Positions 1 to 8,572 of a stretch of 47,647 nucleotides of DNA are shown here, one piece after another. The DNA comes from a virus. Its lineage: Duplodnaviria > Caudoviricetes. The stretch covers positions 1 through 47,647 of IMG/VR virus record IMGVR_UViG_3300020519_000124; one strand, written 5' to 3'. Position numbers and translations under genes: made by a program. The number at the start of each line of letters is the position of its first letter. The first letter of the stretch is position 1. The notes beneath the pieces were generated by a model. The model was not told the origin of the DNA. It did not search any database and saw only the letters and a program-made list of their open reading frames with translations.

Positions 1-20
1 GGAAAAGAGATTTTGCCACT

Positions 21-260
21 ATGAAAAACTTACAAGAAAAACTTGATCTTGCTGCTAAAGAATTAGAGCCAATACTTTGGGAATTACTAGATGAAATTGA
101 GGAGAATAAATAAATGAAAAAGAATATTTTGATTTCATACATCGCTGATGTTGAAACAGATTTAGATGCGTACTTTGCGCTACAAAAATCTTTGCGAAAT
201 TTGCCTGATAGCGAATTAGAAAAATTTGACGCATTTGAAATTTTAGATGTTGTTGAATAA
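21..260 (+). CDS. two small acidic hypothetical proteins (21-113, 30 aa; 114-260, 48 aa)
   Basis: Translated by hand; abutting TAA-ATG, purine-rich RBS; below ORF track size cut-off. Confidence 0.6.
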
Positions 261-303
261 ATAAAAAAAGTTTTTGCAAAATAAAATTGCAAAAATGCCG
301 GGG

Positions 304-323
304 TTTTCCACAAGTTATCCACA
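304..323 (+). promoter_or_regulatory. paired DnaA-box-like 9-mers
   Basis: TTTTCCACA (304-312) and perfect TTATCCACA (315-323); similar pair TCTTCCACA/TTATACACA at 1670-1690. Confidence 0.55.
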
Positions 324-330
324 GGCATAG

Positions 331-346
331 TGTGTTTAAGGTCACA
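331..346. promoter_or_regulatory. CRP-family palindrome
   Basis: TGTGT-TTAAGG-TCACA, one mismatch to TGTGA-N6-TCACA. Confidence 0.6.
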
Positions 347-365
347 TAAATAAATCTCCAATTTA

Positions 366-406
366 CGGCGTGTCGCCTTGACTTTTTGAGATTTATCTGG
401 TAGTAT
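366..406 (+). promoter_or_regulatory. sigma-A promoter with upstream GTGTC (GACAC) box
   Basis: CGGCGTGTC-gcc-TTGACT-N17-TAGTAT. Confidence 0.65.
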
Positions 407-439
407 TCTCTTATACAATTAAATAAATAACAAAAATCG

Positions 440-455
440 TGTGATGTAATTCACA
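440..455. promoter_or_regulatory. perfect CRP-family site
   Basis: TGTGA-TGTAAT-TCACA. Confidence 0.7.
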
Positions 456-493
456 TTCAAAATGTCGGAAATGTCCGAATTTGGATTTGATAA

Positions 494-515
494 TGTCAGC
501 CAAAAATGTTATACT
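494..515 (+). promoter_or_regulatory. TGTCAG-N10-TAnnnT promoter (PafBC/RecA-NDp type), copy 1
   Basis: TGTCAG-ccaaaaatgt-TATACT. Confidence 0.75.
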
Positions 516-547
516 TACTATCTAAAGAAAAAAAAGGAAGTGACACT

Positions 548-757
548 ATGTCAGCAAATGTCTATACTATCGAAAGCCTACTTGTAGGAAAAACTTATCA
601 CTCAAAAACTCTAAAGGGTGAAATCATCTCAGCCGAAAAGTCTGATGTCTGGTATGCGGACTGCGAAAGTTATCGTGTTCAGGTTCGCCCTCACTATTCA
701 CACCCTCTAGGGTTGAAAGATACCTACCGAATTTTAGCGGTCAGGGTGTCTGACTAA
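548..757 (+). CDS. small hypothetical protein, possible SH3-like beta-barrel
   Basis: AGGAAG RBS before ATG 548; LLVGKTY...GEII...YRVQV pattern. Confidence 0.65.
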   Translation: MSANVYTIESLLVGKTYHSKTLKGEIISAEKSDVWYADCESYRVQVRPHYSHPLGLKDTYRILAVRVSD

Positions 758-758
758 T

Positions 759-780
759 TGTCAGCCCCCTCTGTTATACT
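759..780 (+). promoter_or_regulatory. TGTCAG-N10 promoter, copy 2
   Basis: TGTCAG-ccccctctgt-TATACT. Confidence 0.75.
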
Positions 781-812
781 TATCTAAACAAACAAACGAA
801 AGGAAGTCAAAA

Positions 813-1618
813 ATGACTTACACTATAACACTAGAAACCTTCAATGGTTCTACTAAAAAAATCAACCTTGCCTCTAAGGGTGCGGTTGCTCAATTCATCT
901 CAACTTACCCAACACAATTACCCGTTGGCGTATCTGTCAAGGTCGCTTGTGACTCTCTCTCAATTCGTGGCACACTTCGTGGCACACTTATCCCCTCAAA
1001 CTAAACGAATAGGAAATAAAATAAATGAAAACAATTCAACACTCTCTCCACTTCATAACTGAGGTAGATGAAACTCATCCAACTGCTATGCAACTTTTAC
1101 AATTAGATAGTGAAGTGCAAATTCACTTTCTTGAAAGTCTGCTAAAAGAATTGATAGCGCCTGCTCTAAAGCCTGCTCTTGATGAAGTAAATAAAGGCAA
1201 TTCGTGGGCGGTCCTAAAGGTGGCCGAATAATGAGCGATTACTTAGACTACCTTGATGAAATCTACGAGGAATTAGTAGATGAATTTGGACACGAAATAG
1301 AAAGCGAGTGTAATCATAAATGATGACACGAAAAGACTATGTCAAAACTGCTGAAATTCTTAGCAATTATTTTGCTACATCTGTTTTTGATGAACAAGGA
1401 GAAATGTTATTTGCTGACTTAGTAGATGAATTTTCTCTAATGTTTGAAAGTGATAATGAAAGATTTGACGCAAATAAATTTGCTCTTGCTTGCTACAAAA
1501 AAATTGAGGTAGACGCATGAGCAGATTTCTAACAACACTAGTGCAACTTGCTTTGCTAATTTCAACATTTTATTTATTGCGATTAGCAATTCAAGATATA
1601 AAAGAAAACGGATTCTAG
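813..1618 (+). CDS. run of five small early hypothetical ORFs (813-1004, 1025-1231, 1231-1323, 1320-1520, 1517-1618)
   Basis: Coupled start/stop overlaps and RBS; the last is a 33-aa single-TM peptide. Confidence 0.7.
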
Positions 1619-1625
1619 TTTTCAA

Positions 1626-1652
1626 ATCCTGAGCATGATCTAAAACTGCTCA
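1626..1652 (+). ncRNA. H-type pseudoknot motif, copy 1
   Basis: ATC-C-TGAGCA-T-GAT-CTAAAAC-TGCTCA. Confidence 0.75.
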
Positions 1653-1730
1653 ACAAAAATCCCGGCGTGTCTTCCACAGGGTTATACACAGGGTGATTTA
1701 CGACACATTTTAAGATTCCCCCAGATTTTA

Positions 1731-1771
1731 CGGCGTGTCGAATTGAAAATGTCAGTAGGAGATGATAGGCT
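1731..1771 (+). promoter_or_regulatory. composite promoter: GTGTC box, -35, TGTCAG element and extended -10 (copy 3)
   Basis: CGGCGTGTC-gaa-TTGAAA-a-TGTCAG-taggagatga-TAGGCT. Confidence 0.75.
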
Positions 1772-1801
1772 AGAAGCCTAAACCTAATGAAAGGAAAACT
1801 A

Positions 1802-2299
1802 ATGGGATTAGATATGTATTTACAAGCCAAGAAGCACTTGGAAAAAGTGAATTGGAACGCACTAAGAGATAATGATGAATTATCTTATGACTCACCTGAA
1901 GCGGTATATCCGCAATTCAATAATCTAATGGAACTAACACAGTTATCCAATGTCGCAACAGATATCTATGGCGCAAGCGTAGAAGTCACTTGTGCTTATT
2001 GGCGCAAGGCTAATCAGATACACTCTTGGTTTGTCAAAAATGTTCAAAAAGGAATTGACGACTGCGGTGATTACTATGTATCACAAGATAAACTAATTGA
2101 ATTGCTTGCTATTTGTAAGCACTCGCTAGAAAATAAAGACCCTAGCCTATTGCCACCACAGGAAGGATTTTTCTTTGGTGGAACGGATATCGACCAATGG
2201 TATTGGAGAGATTTAGAGAATACTATTGAGCAATTAGAGCGTATTCTTGCTCTACCCGAATTGTCCGATTTGTCCTTTTCATACCATTCGTCTTGGTAA
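1802..2299 (+). CDS. conserved phage hypothetical protein (MGLDMYL...YWRKANQIH family)
   Basis: Recognisable widespread phage motif; AAAGGAAA RBS. Confidence 0.8.
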   Translation: MGLDMYLQAKKHLEKVNWNALRDNDELSYDSPEAVYPQFNNLMELTQLSNVATDIYGASVEVTCAYWRKANQIHSWFVKNVQKGIDDCGDYYVSQDKLIELLAICKHSLENKDPSLLPPQEGFFFGGTDIDQWYWRDLENTIEQLERILALPELSDLSFSYHSSW

Positions 2300-2319
2300 G
2301 GGCTTGGTAGGGTTGAAAA

Positions 2320-2341
2320 TGTCAGCCCTACCTGATAGGAT
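2320..2341 (+). promoter_or_regulatory. TGTCAG-N10 promoter, copy 4
   Basis: TTGAAA-a-TGTCAG-ccctacctga-TAGGAT. Confidence 0.75.
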
Positions 2342-2368
2342 TTCAGTATGAACAGAAAGAAGGAAAAA

Positions 2369-3346
2369 ATGGATAAACTAGACTACGCACTAAGCGCAAT
2401 TCGCTCTTGTTTTATTTGCGAAGGTAGAGGACACCTCTATTGGGGAAATGGCGAGGACTACGACACAGAAACTTGTGAGTGTAATACTTATGACATTATT
2501 CTTGATGATGACGGAGATGTTATTTGGGATAATGGTTTGCTAAGTGAGCCTGAATTGGCTATCTTTGGAAGCAAGGAGGCTAACTAAAATGGGAAGTAAT
2601 TTCGCTAATGAAATGGCAGACGGAACTCTTGCTGAATTAGGTATCCAATTAGATATTGAAACACAGATAGCAATTCACCTATCTAGTAATCACTATCCTC
2701 CAGTGCCTAAAGAAATGGTCGCACCTTGTATTGAGGCTATTGACGCAGTAAATGACTTAGGACTATGGGACTTAGAAATACCACTACCTCAAGGCGTATC
2801 TTGGAGAGGTTTGACTACTGCCCCCGCATGGTCTATTATTGAATCACACCACCTAAATGCGTGGCTTATTGAAAGGGAATACTAAAATGGAATACTCATA
2901 CGCAATTACCGCAACCTATGATAACGATACTGCACCACAATGGGTTGGTCGTTATTCAGACGCAATTAGCGCAGTATCAGAATGGAATAAAATTGTAGAT
3001 TGGGGATTCGCAGATGAATACGCAACCTATAATTTCTCAGAGCCTAGTGGCAAAATGCACACCAAGATTTTTTATCGCAACGGAACAGTTGGAGGAAAGT
3101 AAAATGTCTGATACAATAAATAGCATGGAACTAATTTATGCAGATGAACTCAAGCCAGATCAGTTAATGATTGGCGATTTAATTAAAGTTGGTGATGACA
3201 TTGTTGAGGTTATGTTTATTGAAAGTGATTCAACCGCAGACAATTGGACTATTCAGACTAAGAATGAGTTTGATGAGTTAGAGTTTGCCACTTATTCATA
3301 CACCGATTCAATTCCTTTGTATGTCTTTATAGAAACATATGAGTAA
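2369..3346 (+). CDS. four small hypothetical ORFs (2369-2587 with CxxC/CxC, 2589-2885, 2887-3102, 3104-3346)
   Basis: Tightly packed, each with a GGAG/AGGG-type RBS; starts trimmed from the ORF track. Confidence 0.75.
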
Positions 3347-3803
3347 TAATACTATTGTTCGCTGCACATATTGTGAGATTCAGATAACTCCACAATCTCA
3401 ATCTCACAAAATAGTTTTAGAAAAGCACCTAGAAAAACATCCAGAACTAAAAGGAACTATCTGGTGTGAATACTGCAACAAGACATATAAAAACAATGCT
3501 GCAAAAAAAATGGTGGTTGTAGGAAATGTTAGAAGACAAAAAGTTGCAAGAATTAAAATGAGTAAAGGTTGTGAGTGGGAAGGTGGTTGTGAGTATAAAA
3601 TTACAGACCACAAACAACTTGAACTTGACCATATTAACCCAACACTAAAACTTGCAGCAGTTTCTACAATGTTGCAACAAACCAAAAAGTATCCTTGGGA
3701 AATTGTAGAACAAGAAATAGCAAAGTGCAGAGTGTTATGCAAAATGCATCACGCAATTGCACCAACAACTACTAGAAAAAGACGACACTTAATTGCCGTG
3801 TAG
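3339..3803 (+). CDS. HNH endonuclease with N-terminal zinc finger
   Basis: CxxC...HxxxH, then LELDHINP...KCRVLCKMHH. Confidence 0.75.
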   Translation: MSNNTIVRCTYCEIQITPQSQSHKIVLEKHLEKHPELKGTIWCEYCNKTYKNNAAKKMVVVGNVRRQKVARIKMSKGCEWEGGCEYKITDHKQLELDHINPTLKLAAVSTMLQQTKKYPWEIVEQEIAKCRVLCKMHHAIAPTTTRKRRHLIAV

Positions 3804-3809
3804 GCGCCC

Positions 3810-3850
3810 CGGCGTGTCGTTTTGACATTTTTGCTGAAGTCTGCTAAGAT
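3810..3850 (+). promoter_or_regulatory. sigma-A promoter with GTGTC box, leaderless into ORF 3857
   Basis: CGGCGTGTC-gtt-TTGACA-N17-TAAGAT; ATG 6 nt downstream. Confidence 0.7.
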
Positions 3851-3856
3851 TAGTTT

Positions 3857-4000
3857 ATGACACAAAAGAAAACGCCCGAGGAATTACGCAGACTTATGGA
3901 ATTGCGTAGATCTAATGCTGCCTCAAGCGTTCCGTCAAAGAAAACTTACAATAGGAAAAAAATGTCAGACCCTAGTGATATGATTGAAAAAAGAAAGTAG
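3857..4000 (+). CDS. small basic hypothetical protein (47 aa)
   Basis: Hand translation MTQKKTPEELRRLMELRRSNAA...; contains TGTCAG promoter copy 5 at 3963-3984. Confidence 0.65.
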   Translation: MTQKKTPEELRRLMELRRSNAASSVPSKKTYNRKKMSDPSDMIEKRK

Positions 4001-4006
4001 GACCCC

Positions 4007-4729
4007 ATGACCCAACTAAAACGCTCTAAAGATAGAAAGGTGGCTAACCTTGTCACAAAAAATGGAAAGCAAGCAAGTATCGCCAACACTTTTGGATTGC
4101 CTGCTGGTAAGGCTTACTCGTGCCCTGGTGCCACTAGTGTTTGTGAAAGCGTATGCTACGCAGGAAAACTCGAAAGACTATTCCCCGCAGTAAAAACTAA
4201 TCTGCTACACAATTGGTCATTGCTTAAAGACGCCAACTATGATACTATGGTTGCTCTTATCGATGAGATGATTATTGATTTTGTTGCTGATTGTAATAAA
4301 AAAGACGCTCCTAAATTATTCCGTATCCATTGGGACGGAGATTTCTTTAATGATAATTACACCAACGCATGGAAGACTGTAATCCTTAATCATCCTGAAA
4401 TTCAATTCTGGGTATACACTCGTGTTGCCTCTGCTGCTCTAATGCTCAAGGGTATTGATAATCTAAGTCTATATTTTTCTGCAGATAGCGAGAATGTCAA
4501 AACCGCAGTAGACTTAAAAATTAATAGTGGCATACGCATGGCGTACCTTGCTAAGAATTTTGCTATTGGTAAAGCAGACATAAAAGAAATGATTGGTAAG
4601 CCTGCTGCTAAGTGTCCTGAGAATAATAAACAAATTCCACTTATCTCAACTAGTGGAAGCGCTTGCGTTTCTTGCTCTCTTTGTGTATACTCTAAGAGCG
4701 ACATAATTTTTTCATCGAGTAAGAAATGA
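4007..4729 (+). CDS. GP88-family (radical-SAM-like Fe-S) phage protein
   Basis: CPGAxxxCxxxCYA, FRIHWDGDFF, C-terminal CxxCxxC. Confidence 0.75.
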   Translation: MTQLKRSKDRKVANLVTKNGKQASIANTFGLPAGKAYSCPGATSVCESVCYAGKLERLFPAVKTNLLHNWSLLKDANYDTMVALIDEMIIDFVADCNKKDAPKLFRIHWDGDFFNDNYTNAWKTVILNHPEIQFWVYTRVASAALMLKGIDNLSLYFSADSENVKTAVDLKINSGIRMAYLAKNFAIGKADIKEMIGKPAAKCPENNKQIPLISTSGSACVSCSLCVYSKSDIIFSSSKK

Positions 4730-4856
4730 GATAAATGAATTCAACACAATGGATGTTCTTAGCATTCTTTTTATTACTGTTATTTTTCTATCAATAATTT
4801 TTTGGAGGCCCCGGCCCGTTTTGTTTGATCTGTCAAGTCGCAACACACCTTTAAGA

Positions 4857-4872
4857 TGTGATTAAGGACACA
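4857..4872. promoter_or_regulatory. CRP-family palindrome
   Basis: TGTGA-TTAAGG-ACACA. Confidence 0.6.
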
Positions 4873-4961
4873 CCCCAAATCCCTCGCCCGATTGGTATTT
4901 TTGACATTTTTCTGCTAGAATTATACTATAAGCAAAACCCCATAACAGAAAGGCAGAACAA

Positions 4962-5132
4962 ATGACCCTCGGAGGATACACCTATCAGATTGGTGATTTA
5001 TTCACGACAAGCAAGACAGGCATTACAGGTCGTATTGCTAGTTTTGAGCCAATGTCTAATAAACTTACCAGAGTTAGTCTAGTTCTAGCAAATGGCTCAC
5101 GCCGTTTGGCTATGGTCAAGACCAGCAAGTAA
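4962..5132 (+). CDS. 56-aa SH3/KOW-like protein, paralog A
   Basis: Hand translation MTLGGYTYQIGDLFTTSKTGITGRIASFEP...TRVSLVLANGSRR. Confidence 0.75.
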   Translation: MTLGGYTYQIGDLFTTSKTGITGRIASFEPMSNKLTRVSLVLANGSRRLAMVKTSK

Positions 5133-5229
5133 TCTCACTATTTGAGAAATCTCAAATTAGATTTGACATTTTTCCCAAGAAATGTCATAATTATACAGTA
5201 AGCAAAACCCTAACAGAAAGAGGAAACAA

Positions 5230-5394
5230 ATGTCAGTAGCAACCGCAACTTACAAAGTAGGCGACACCTACACAACTCAAAAGTCAAAGGTAAGTGGTAT
5301 CATCACAGAAATCACACCACAGGCTAACGGAAATGTTCGTGTCAAGTTAGATGTAAATGGCAAGCCACGATACACAACTTGGACAGCCAAGTAA
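5230..5394 (+). CDS. 54-aa SH3/KOW-like protein, paralog B
   Basis: MSVATATYKVGDTYTTQKSKVSGIITEITP...VRVKLDVNGKPRY; leader duplicated with paralog A. Confidence 0.75.
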   Translation: MSVATATYKVGDTYTTQKSKVSGIITEITPQANGNVRVKLDVNGKPRYTTWTAK

Positions 5395-5409
5395 TTTAGC
5401 AAACGCTAA

Positions 5410-5440
5410 TAGTCCTGAGTATGACTACAAAAACTGCTCA
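5410..5440 (+). ncRNA. H-type pseudoknot motif, copy 2
   Basis: TAGTC-C-TGAGTA-T-GACTA-CAAAAAC-TGCTCA. Confidence 0.8.
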
Positions 5441-5447
5441 CCAAAAT

Positions 5448-5469
5448 TGTCAGAGCAAAGTGCTATGAT
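5448..5469 (+). promoter_or_regulatory. TGTCAG-N10 promoter, copy 6
   Basis: TGTCAG-agcaaagtgc-TATGAT. Confidence 0.75.
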
Positions 5470-5504
5470 AGAACCCCCAACTAATAGAAAAGGAAAAAGA
5501 CCCA

Positions 5505-5927
5505 ATGTCAAGAGGAAAAGCAATTAGTGTAAAGATACCCACAGTAAAAGTTATCAAGGCACTAGAAACAAAGTTAGCAGAACTAGAGGCTAACTACAAA
5601 ACACAAGACGAGAACGAAGCAAAGTATCAAAAGCAATACGAGAAGTGGCAGAAGGAAATTGCTAAGTGGGCAGTTGCTCAATTTAGCAAGGCTGACAACA
5701 TCAGAACTAACTATCGTTCTTGGAACGAAAGCCTCAATGTTGATTTTGACATCAAAACAAATGGCACAGACTTTCCAAAAGAGCCTGAGCGTGGTTTTGA
5801 GCAAATCCACCGCCACGAATACAACTCTCAAAAAGAGGAAATGTCTAACGCAATTCGTATCCTAAAGATGACAGATGAGGAAGTAGTCAATACTTCTACC
5901 TACAACGCAGTTGCTCGTTATCTATAA
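5505..5927 (+). CDS. hypothetical protein
   Basis: 140-aa ORF with RBS and its own promoter. Confidence 0.8.
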   Translation: MSRGKAISVKIPTVKVIKALETKLAELEANYKTQDENEAKYQKQYEKWQKEIAKWAVAQFSKADNIRTNYRSWNESLNVDFDIKTNGTDFPKEPERGFEQIHRHEYNSQKEEMSNAIRILKMTDEEVVNTSTYNAVARYL

Positions 5928-5939
5928 TTAGATAATAAA

Positions 5940-5967
5940 CAACCTGAGTATGTTGCTAAACTGCTCA
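5940..5967 (+). ncRNA. H-type pseudoknot motif, copy 3
   Basis: CAAC-C-TGAGTA-T-GTTG-CTAAAC-TGCTCA. Confidence 0.8.
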
Positions 5968-5994
5968 CCCTAAAATTACTAACAAAGGAATGAA

Positions 5995-6486
5995 ATGTCA
6001 AACGATTTGGAAATCACAATATTAAAGCCAGTAGAGAATTTTGTTCTATTAAAAAACAAAATTAGAAAAGAAATGTCAGAAACCCCAGCAGAAGATTTAG
6101 AAGCATACAAAAGATTTGAATGGGAAAAGTGGAGCGAAGAATGGGGCAACTCTTGGGACAATATTAAAAACGGAGCAACAGAGCCCAACCTTTTGGCTCA
6201 AGTAAGAGATGTCTTAGGATACTCAGTTGAACAATACCCTTGCACAAAGGAAGAAATAGATGCGGCATATGCAAAGGCTAAGAAAGAAAGAGCAGAAAGA
6301 AAAGAAGCAGATAGGCTTGCACGAGTTCAACAATTAAAGGAAGCACAAGAAGCCTTTGACAGACTTACTCCTGAAGAACAGTCTGCCCAATTAGAGAAAA
6401 ACCGCAAAGAGGCGCAAAGGAAGTTTGTGCGAAATGCCATTACTCTTTCCATTTTGGTATTTGTTATAGTCTTTGTAAGTCTTTAA
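5995..6486 (+). CDS. hypothetical protein with C-terminal TM anchor
   Basis: Coiled coil followed by ITLSILVFVIVFVSL. Confidence 0.7.
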   Translation: MSNDLEITILKPVENFVLLKNKIRKEMSETPAEDLEAYKRFEWEKWSEEWGNSWDNIKNGATEPNLLAQVRDVLGYSVEQYPCTKEEIDAAYAKAKKERAERKEADRLARVQQLKEAQEAFDRLTPEEQSAQLEKNRKEAQRKFVRNAITLSILVFVIVFVSL

Positions 6487-6577
6487 TTAAATAATTGGGT
6501 GGGGTGTAAAAGCCCCACTCATTATCCCCTGCGCTCCACGCTATGGTTAGCAAGTGTTCCCTGGGGATCCTATAATT

Positions 6578-6599
6578 TGTCAGCGGTACCTAGTATAAT
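6578..6599 (+). promoter_or_regulatory. TGTCAG-N10 promoter, copy 7
   Basis: TGTCAG-cggtacctag-TATAAT. Confidence 0.75.
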
Positions 6600-6631
6600 T
6601 AATTTAAACCAACTAACAGAAAGAGGCCCCC

Positions 6632-7054
6632 ATGGACCAGTCAATAGAAACACCAGTAGTACATGCAACAGAAGACTTTCTTAAGTCACAAATCGAAAGT
6701 GCTAAGGTAGAAATTCAGCAACTACACGAGCACATTCAAAAAGTAACTCAGCGCTCATATGGTGAGGCTGCAGAGCGTAACCGTATGCGTAATGAAATGC
6801 AAGAGTGGACCTTAGAGGCCTTGGACGCTAGCGATATCACAGAATCACAGGCGGAAGAAATTGCAATGATTTGCGGATTTGATTTAACAAAAGAATTTGA
6901 AGTAGAAGTTACAGTAATGTACTCGGTTACAGTTAATGCACGTAATGAAGAAGAAGCACAGAATGCAATTCACGATATTGATTTTGATACCGTCGACTAC
7001 AACAGTGATTCAATTTCTTATCTATCATCCTCAATTGATAGAGTAGACATTTAG
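6632..7054 (+). CDS. acidic hypothetical protein
   Basis: 140-aa ORF, GAAAGAGG RBS. Confidence 0.8.
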   Translation: MDQSIETPVVHATEDFLKSQIESAKVEIQQLHEHIQKVTQRSYGEAAERNRMRNEMQEWTLEALDASDITESQAEEIAMICGFDLTKEFEVEVTVMYSVTVNARNEEEAQNAIHDIDFDTVDYNSDSISYLSSSIDRVDI

Positions 7055-7100
7055 TAGGGGGCTACTAATAGACATGTCGAATGTCTCTAAACTAGGCAAG

Positions 7101-7130
7101 GGCCCTGAGCACGGCCATGTAAACTGCTCA
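7101..7130 (+). ncRNA. H-type pseudoknot motif, copy 4 (degenerate tandem copy at 7070-7098)
   Basis: GGCC-C-TGAGCA-C-GGCC-ATGTAAAC-TGCTCA. Confidence 0.8.
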
Positions 7131-7168
7131 ATAAAAATTTCCGGCCCCGCAAACTTTGATTTGTCAAG

Positions 7169-7263
7169 CGACACGCCGTGTGATTAAGATCACTTTAAGA
7201 AATGTCCAATTTGTCCATGTTTAACTATCCCGATTTGCATTTGTCAGCCCATACTGCTATACT
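7169..7263 (+). promoter_or_regulatory. regulatory cassette: inverted GACAC box, CRP-type site and TGTCAG promoter copy 8
   Basis: CGACACGCCG 7169-7178; TGTGA-TTAAGA-TCACT 7179-7194; TGTCAG-cccatactgc-TATACT 7242-7263. Confidence 0.7.
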
Positions 7264-7295
7264 TGAAATTCAACAACAACAAAAGGAGAAAACTC

Positions 7296-8312
7296 ATGGC
7301 ACATGAAATCGAAACACAAAATGGTAAGGCTTCATTCGCATCATTTCGTGAACCCGCTTGGCATGGATTGGGTACCGTATTTACAGAAGAAAAAACAACA
7401 AAAGAAATGTTAGATTTGGCTAATCTTTCTAATTGGAATGTTCGTCTGGAAGATTTGGAAACCCCCTCACATTTATCAAGCGATAAAAACTATCAGTATG
7501 TATTGCGTACCAATCCTACTGACAACTCTCAGACCGACATTCTTGGTGTCGTTGGTGAGCGTTATCATGTTATGCAGAACGAAGATTTATTTTCATTCGG
7601 TGATAACATTCTAGACGGCGGAGGTCGTTGGGAAACGGCTGGCTCAATCAAGGGTGGTCGTGTCGTGTTCGGTGCATTAGCACTAGAGCGTGAAACAATT
7701 CTAGACCCTAGCGGTGTTGCAGATAAGGTCAAGACTTATTTACTTATCAATACATCACATGACGGCTCAATCGCTATTCAAGCAAGCATTACACCTGTTC
7801 GTGTTGTGTGCGCTAACACTCTCAATCTTGCACTTGGCTCACTCAAGAAAAAGAATGGTGTCAAGCAATCTTTCAAGATTCGCCACACTCAGACCGCTTC
7901 TGGTAAGGTTGCCGTTGCTCGTGAAACTTTGGGTCTTGCCCATAAGTACATGGATTCTTTTGATGTTATGGCTAACGCTATGATTCAGAAAGAAGTATCC
8001 GCTCAGCAATTCAATGACATCATTCTCGCTGCTTATCCTAAGCCTGAGAAAGATTCTAAGGGTGCTTTCAAGAAGTGGGAAAACAAGGTTGATGTTATCA
8101 ATGACATCTACACAGGCGAATTCAATGGCATGATTGCTGGAAACGCTTGGGGTGCTTTCAATGCACTAACAGAACGCCTTGATTGGTATCGCTCTGCTCG
8201 TGGTGGTTCTAACGAATCAATTCTTGCAAGCGCAAGCGGTTTTGACCCTGCTATCAATGCAGAAAAAAATCGTCTGCTAAAAGTTGTGCAAAATGTTTTG
8301 CAGATTGCATAA
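7296..8312 (+). CDS. DUF932-family phage/plasmid protein
   Basis: PAWHGLG, ETAGSIKGGRVVF, YLLINTSHDGS, TPVRVVCANTL, RHT. Confidence 0.9.
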   Translation: MAHEIETQNGKASFASFREPAWHGLGTVFTEEKTTKEMLDLANLSNWNVRLEDLETPSHLSSDKNYQYVLRTNPTDNSQTDILGVVGERYHVMQNEDLFSFGDNILDGGGRWETAGSIKGGRVVFGALALERETILDPSGVADKVKTYLLINTSHDGSIAIQASITPVRVVCANTLNLALGSLKKKNGVKQSFKIRHTQTASGKVAVARETLGLAHKYMDSFDVMANAMIQKEVSAQQFNDIILAAYPKPEKDSKGAFKKWENKVDVINDIYTGEFNGMIAGNAWGAFNALTERLDWYRSARGGSNESILASASGFDPAINAEKNRLLKVVQNVLQIA

Positions 8313-8321
8313 ATAAAAAAA

Positions 8322-8349
8322 ATTCCTGAGCAAGAATAAAAACTGCTCA
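8322..8349 (+). ncRNA. H-type pseudoknot motif, copy 5
   Basis: ATTC-C-TGAGCA-A-GAAT-AAAAAC-TGCTCA, 6 nt before tRNA-Asp. Confidence 0.8.
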
Positions 8350-8355
8350 CCAATT

Positions 8356-8431
8356 GGTTCCGTAGATTAGTCTGGTTTAAATCGCTACACTGTCACTGTA
8401 GAGATCGTGGGTTCAAATCCCATCGGAATCG
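8356..8431 (+). tRNA. tRNA-Asp(GTC)
   Basis: Acceptor GGTTCCG/CGGAATC, anticodon arm CTACA-CTGTCAC-TGTAG, GTTCAAATC T loop; no encoded CCA. Confidence 0.92.
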
Positions 8432-8456
8432 CAAATGCGCCCCGGCACATGCATAT

Positions 8457-8532
8457 AAAAATGTCAAATCTAAAAATCTTTACGAAGACTATTATAAATC
8501 CCCAAAAATGTCAAAACCAAAAATCTTTACGA
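8457..8532 (+). repeat. 29-bp direct repeat upstream of a TTGACA promoter
   Basis: AAAAATGTCAAA-nnn-AAAAATCTTTACGA at 8457 and 8504 (27/29 identical). Confidence 0.75.
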
Positions 8533-8572
8533 TAGGCTTGACATTTCCCAGGTTTTCTGCAATAATTAATAC

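Noticed and set aside
1626-8349. CCTGAG...AAACTGCTCA repeats as CRISPR repeats, hammerheads or standard terminators
   Set aside because: They are dispersed at irregular distances, lack the CUGANGA/GAAA three-stem core and lack U tracts; covariation fits a pseudoknot instead.
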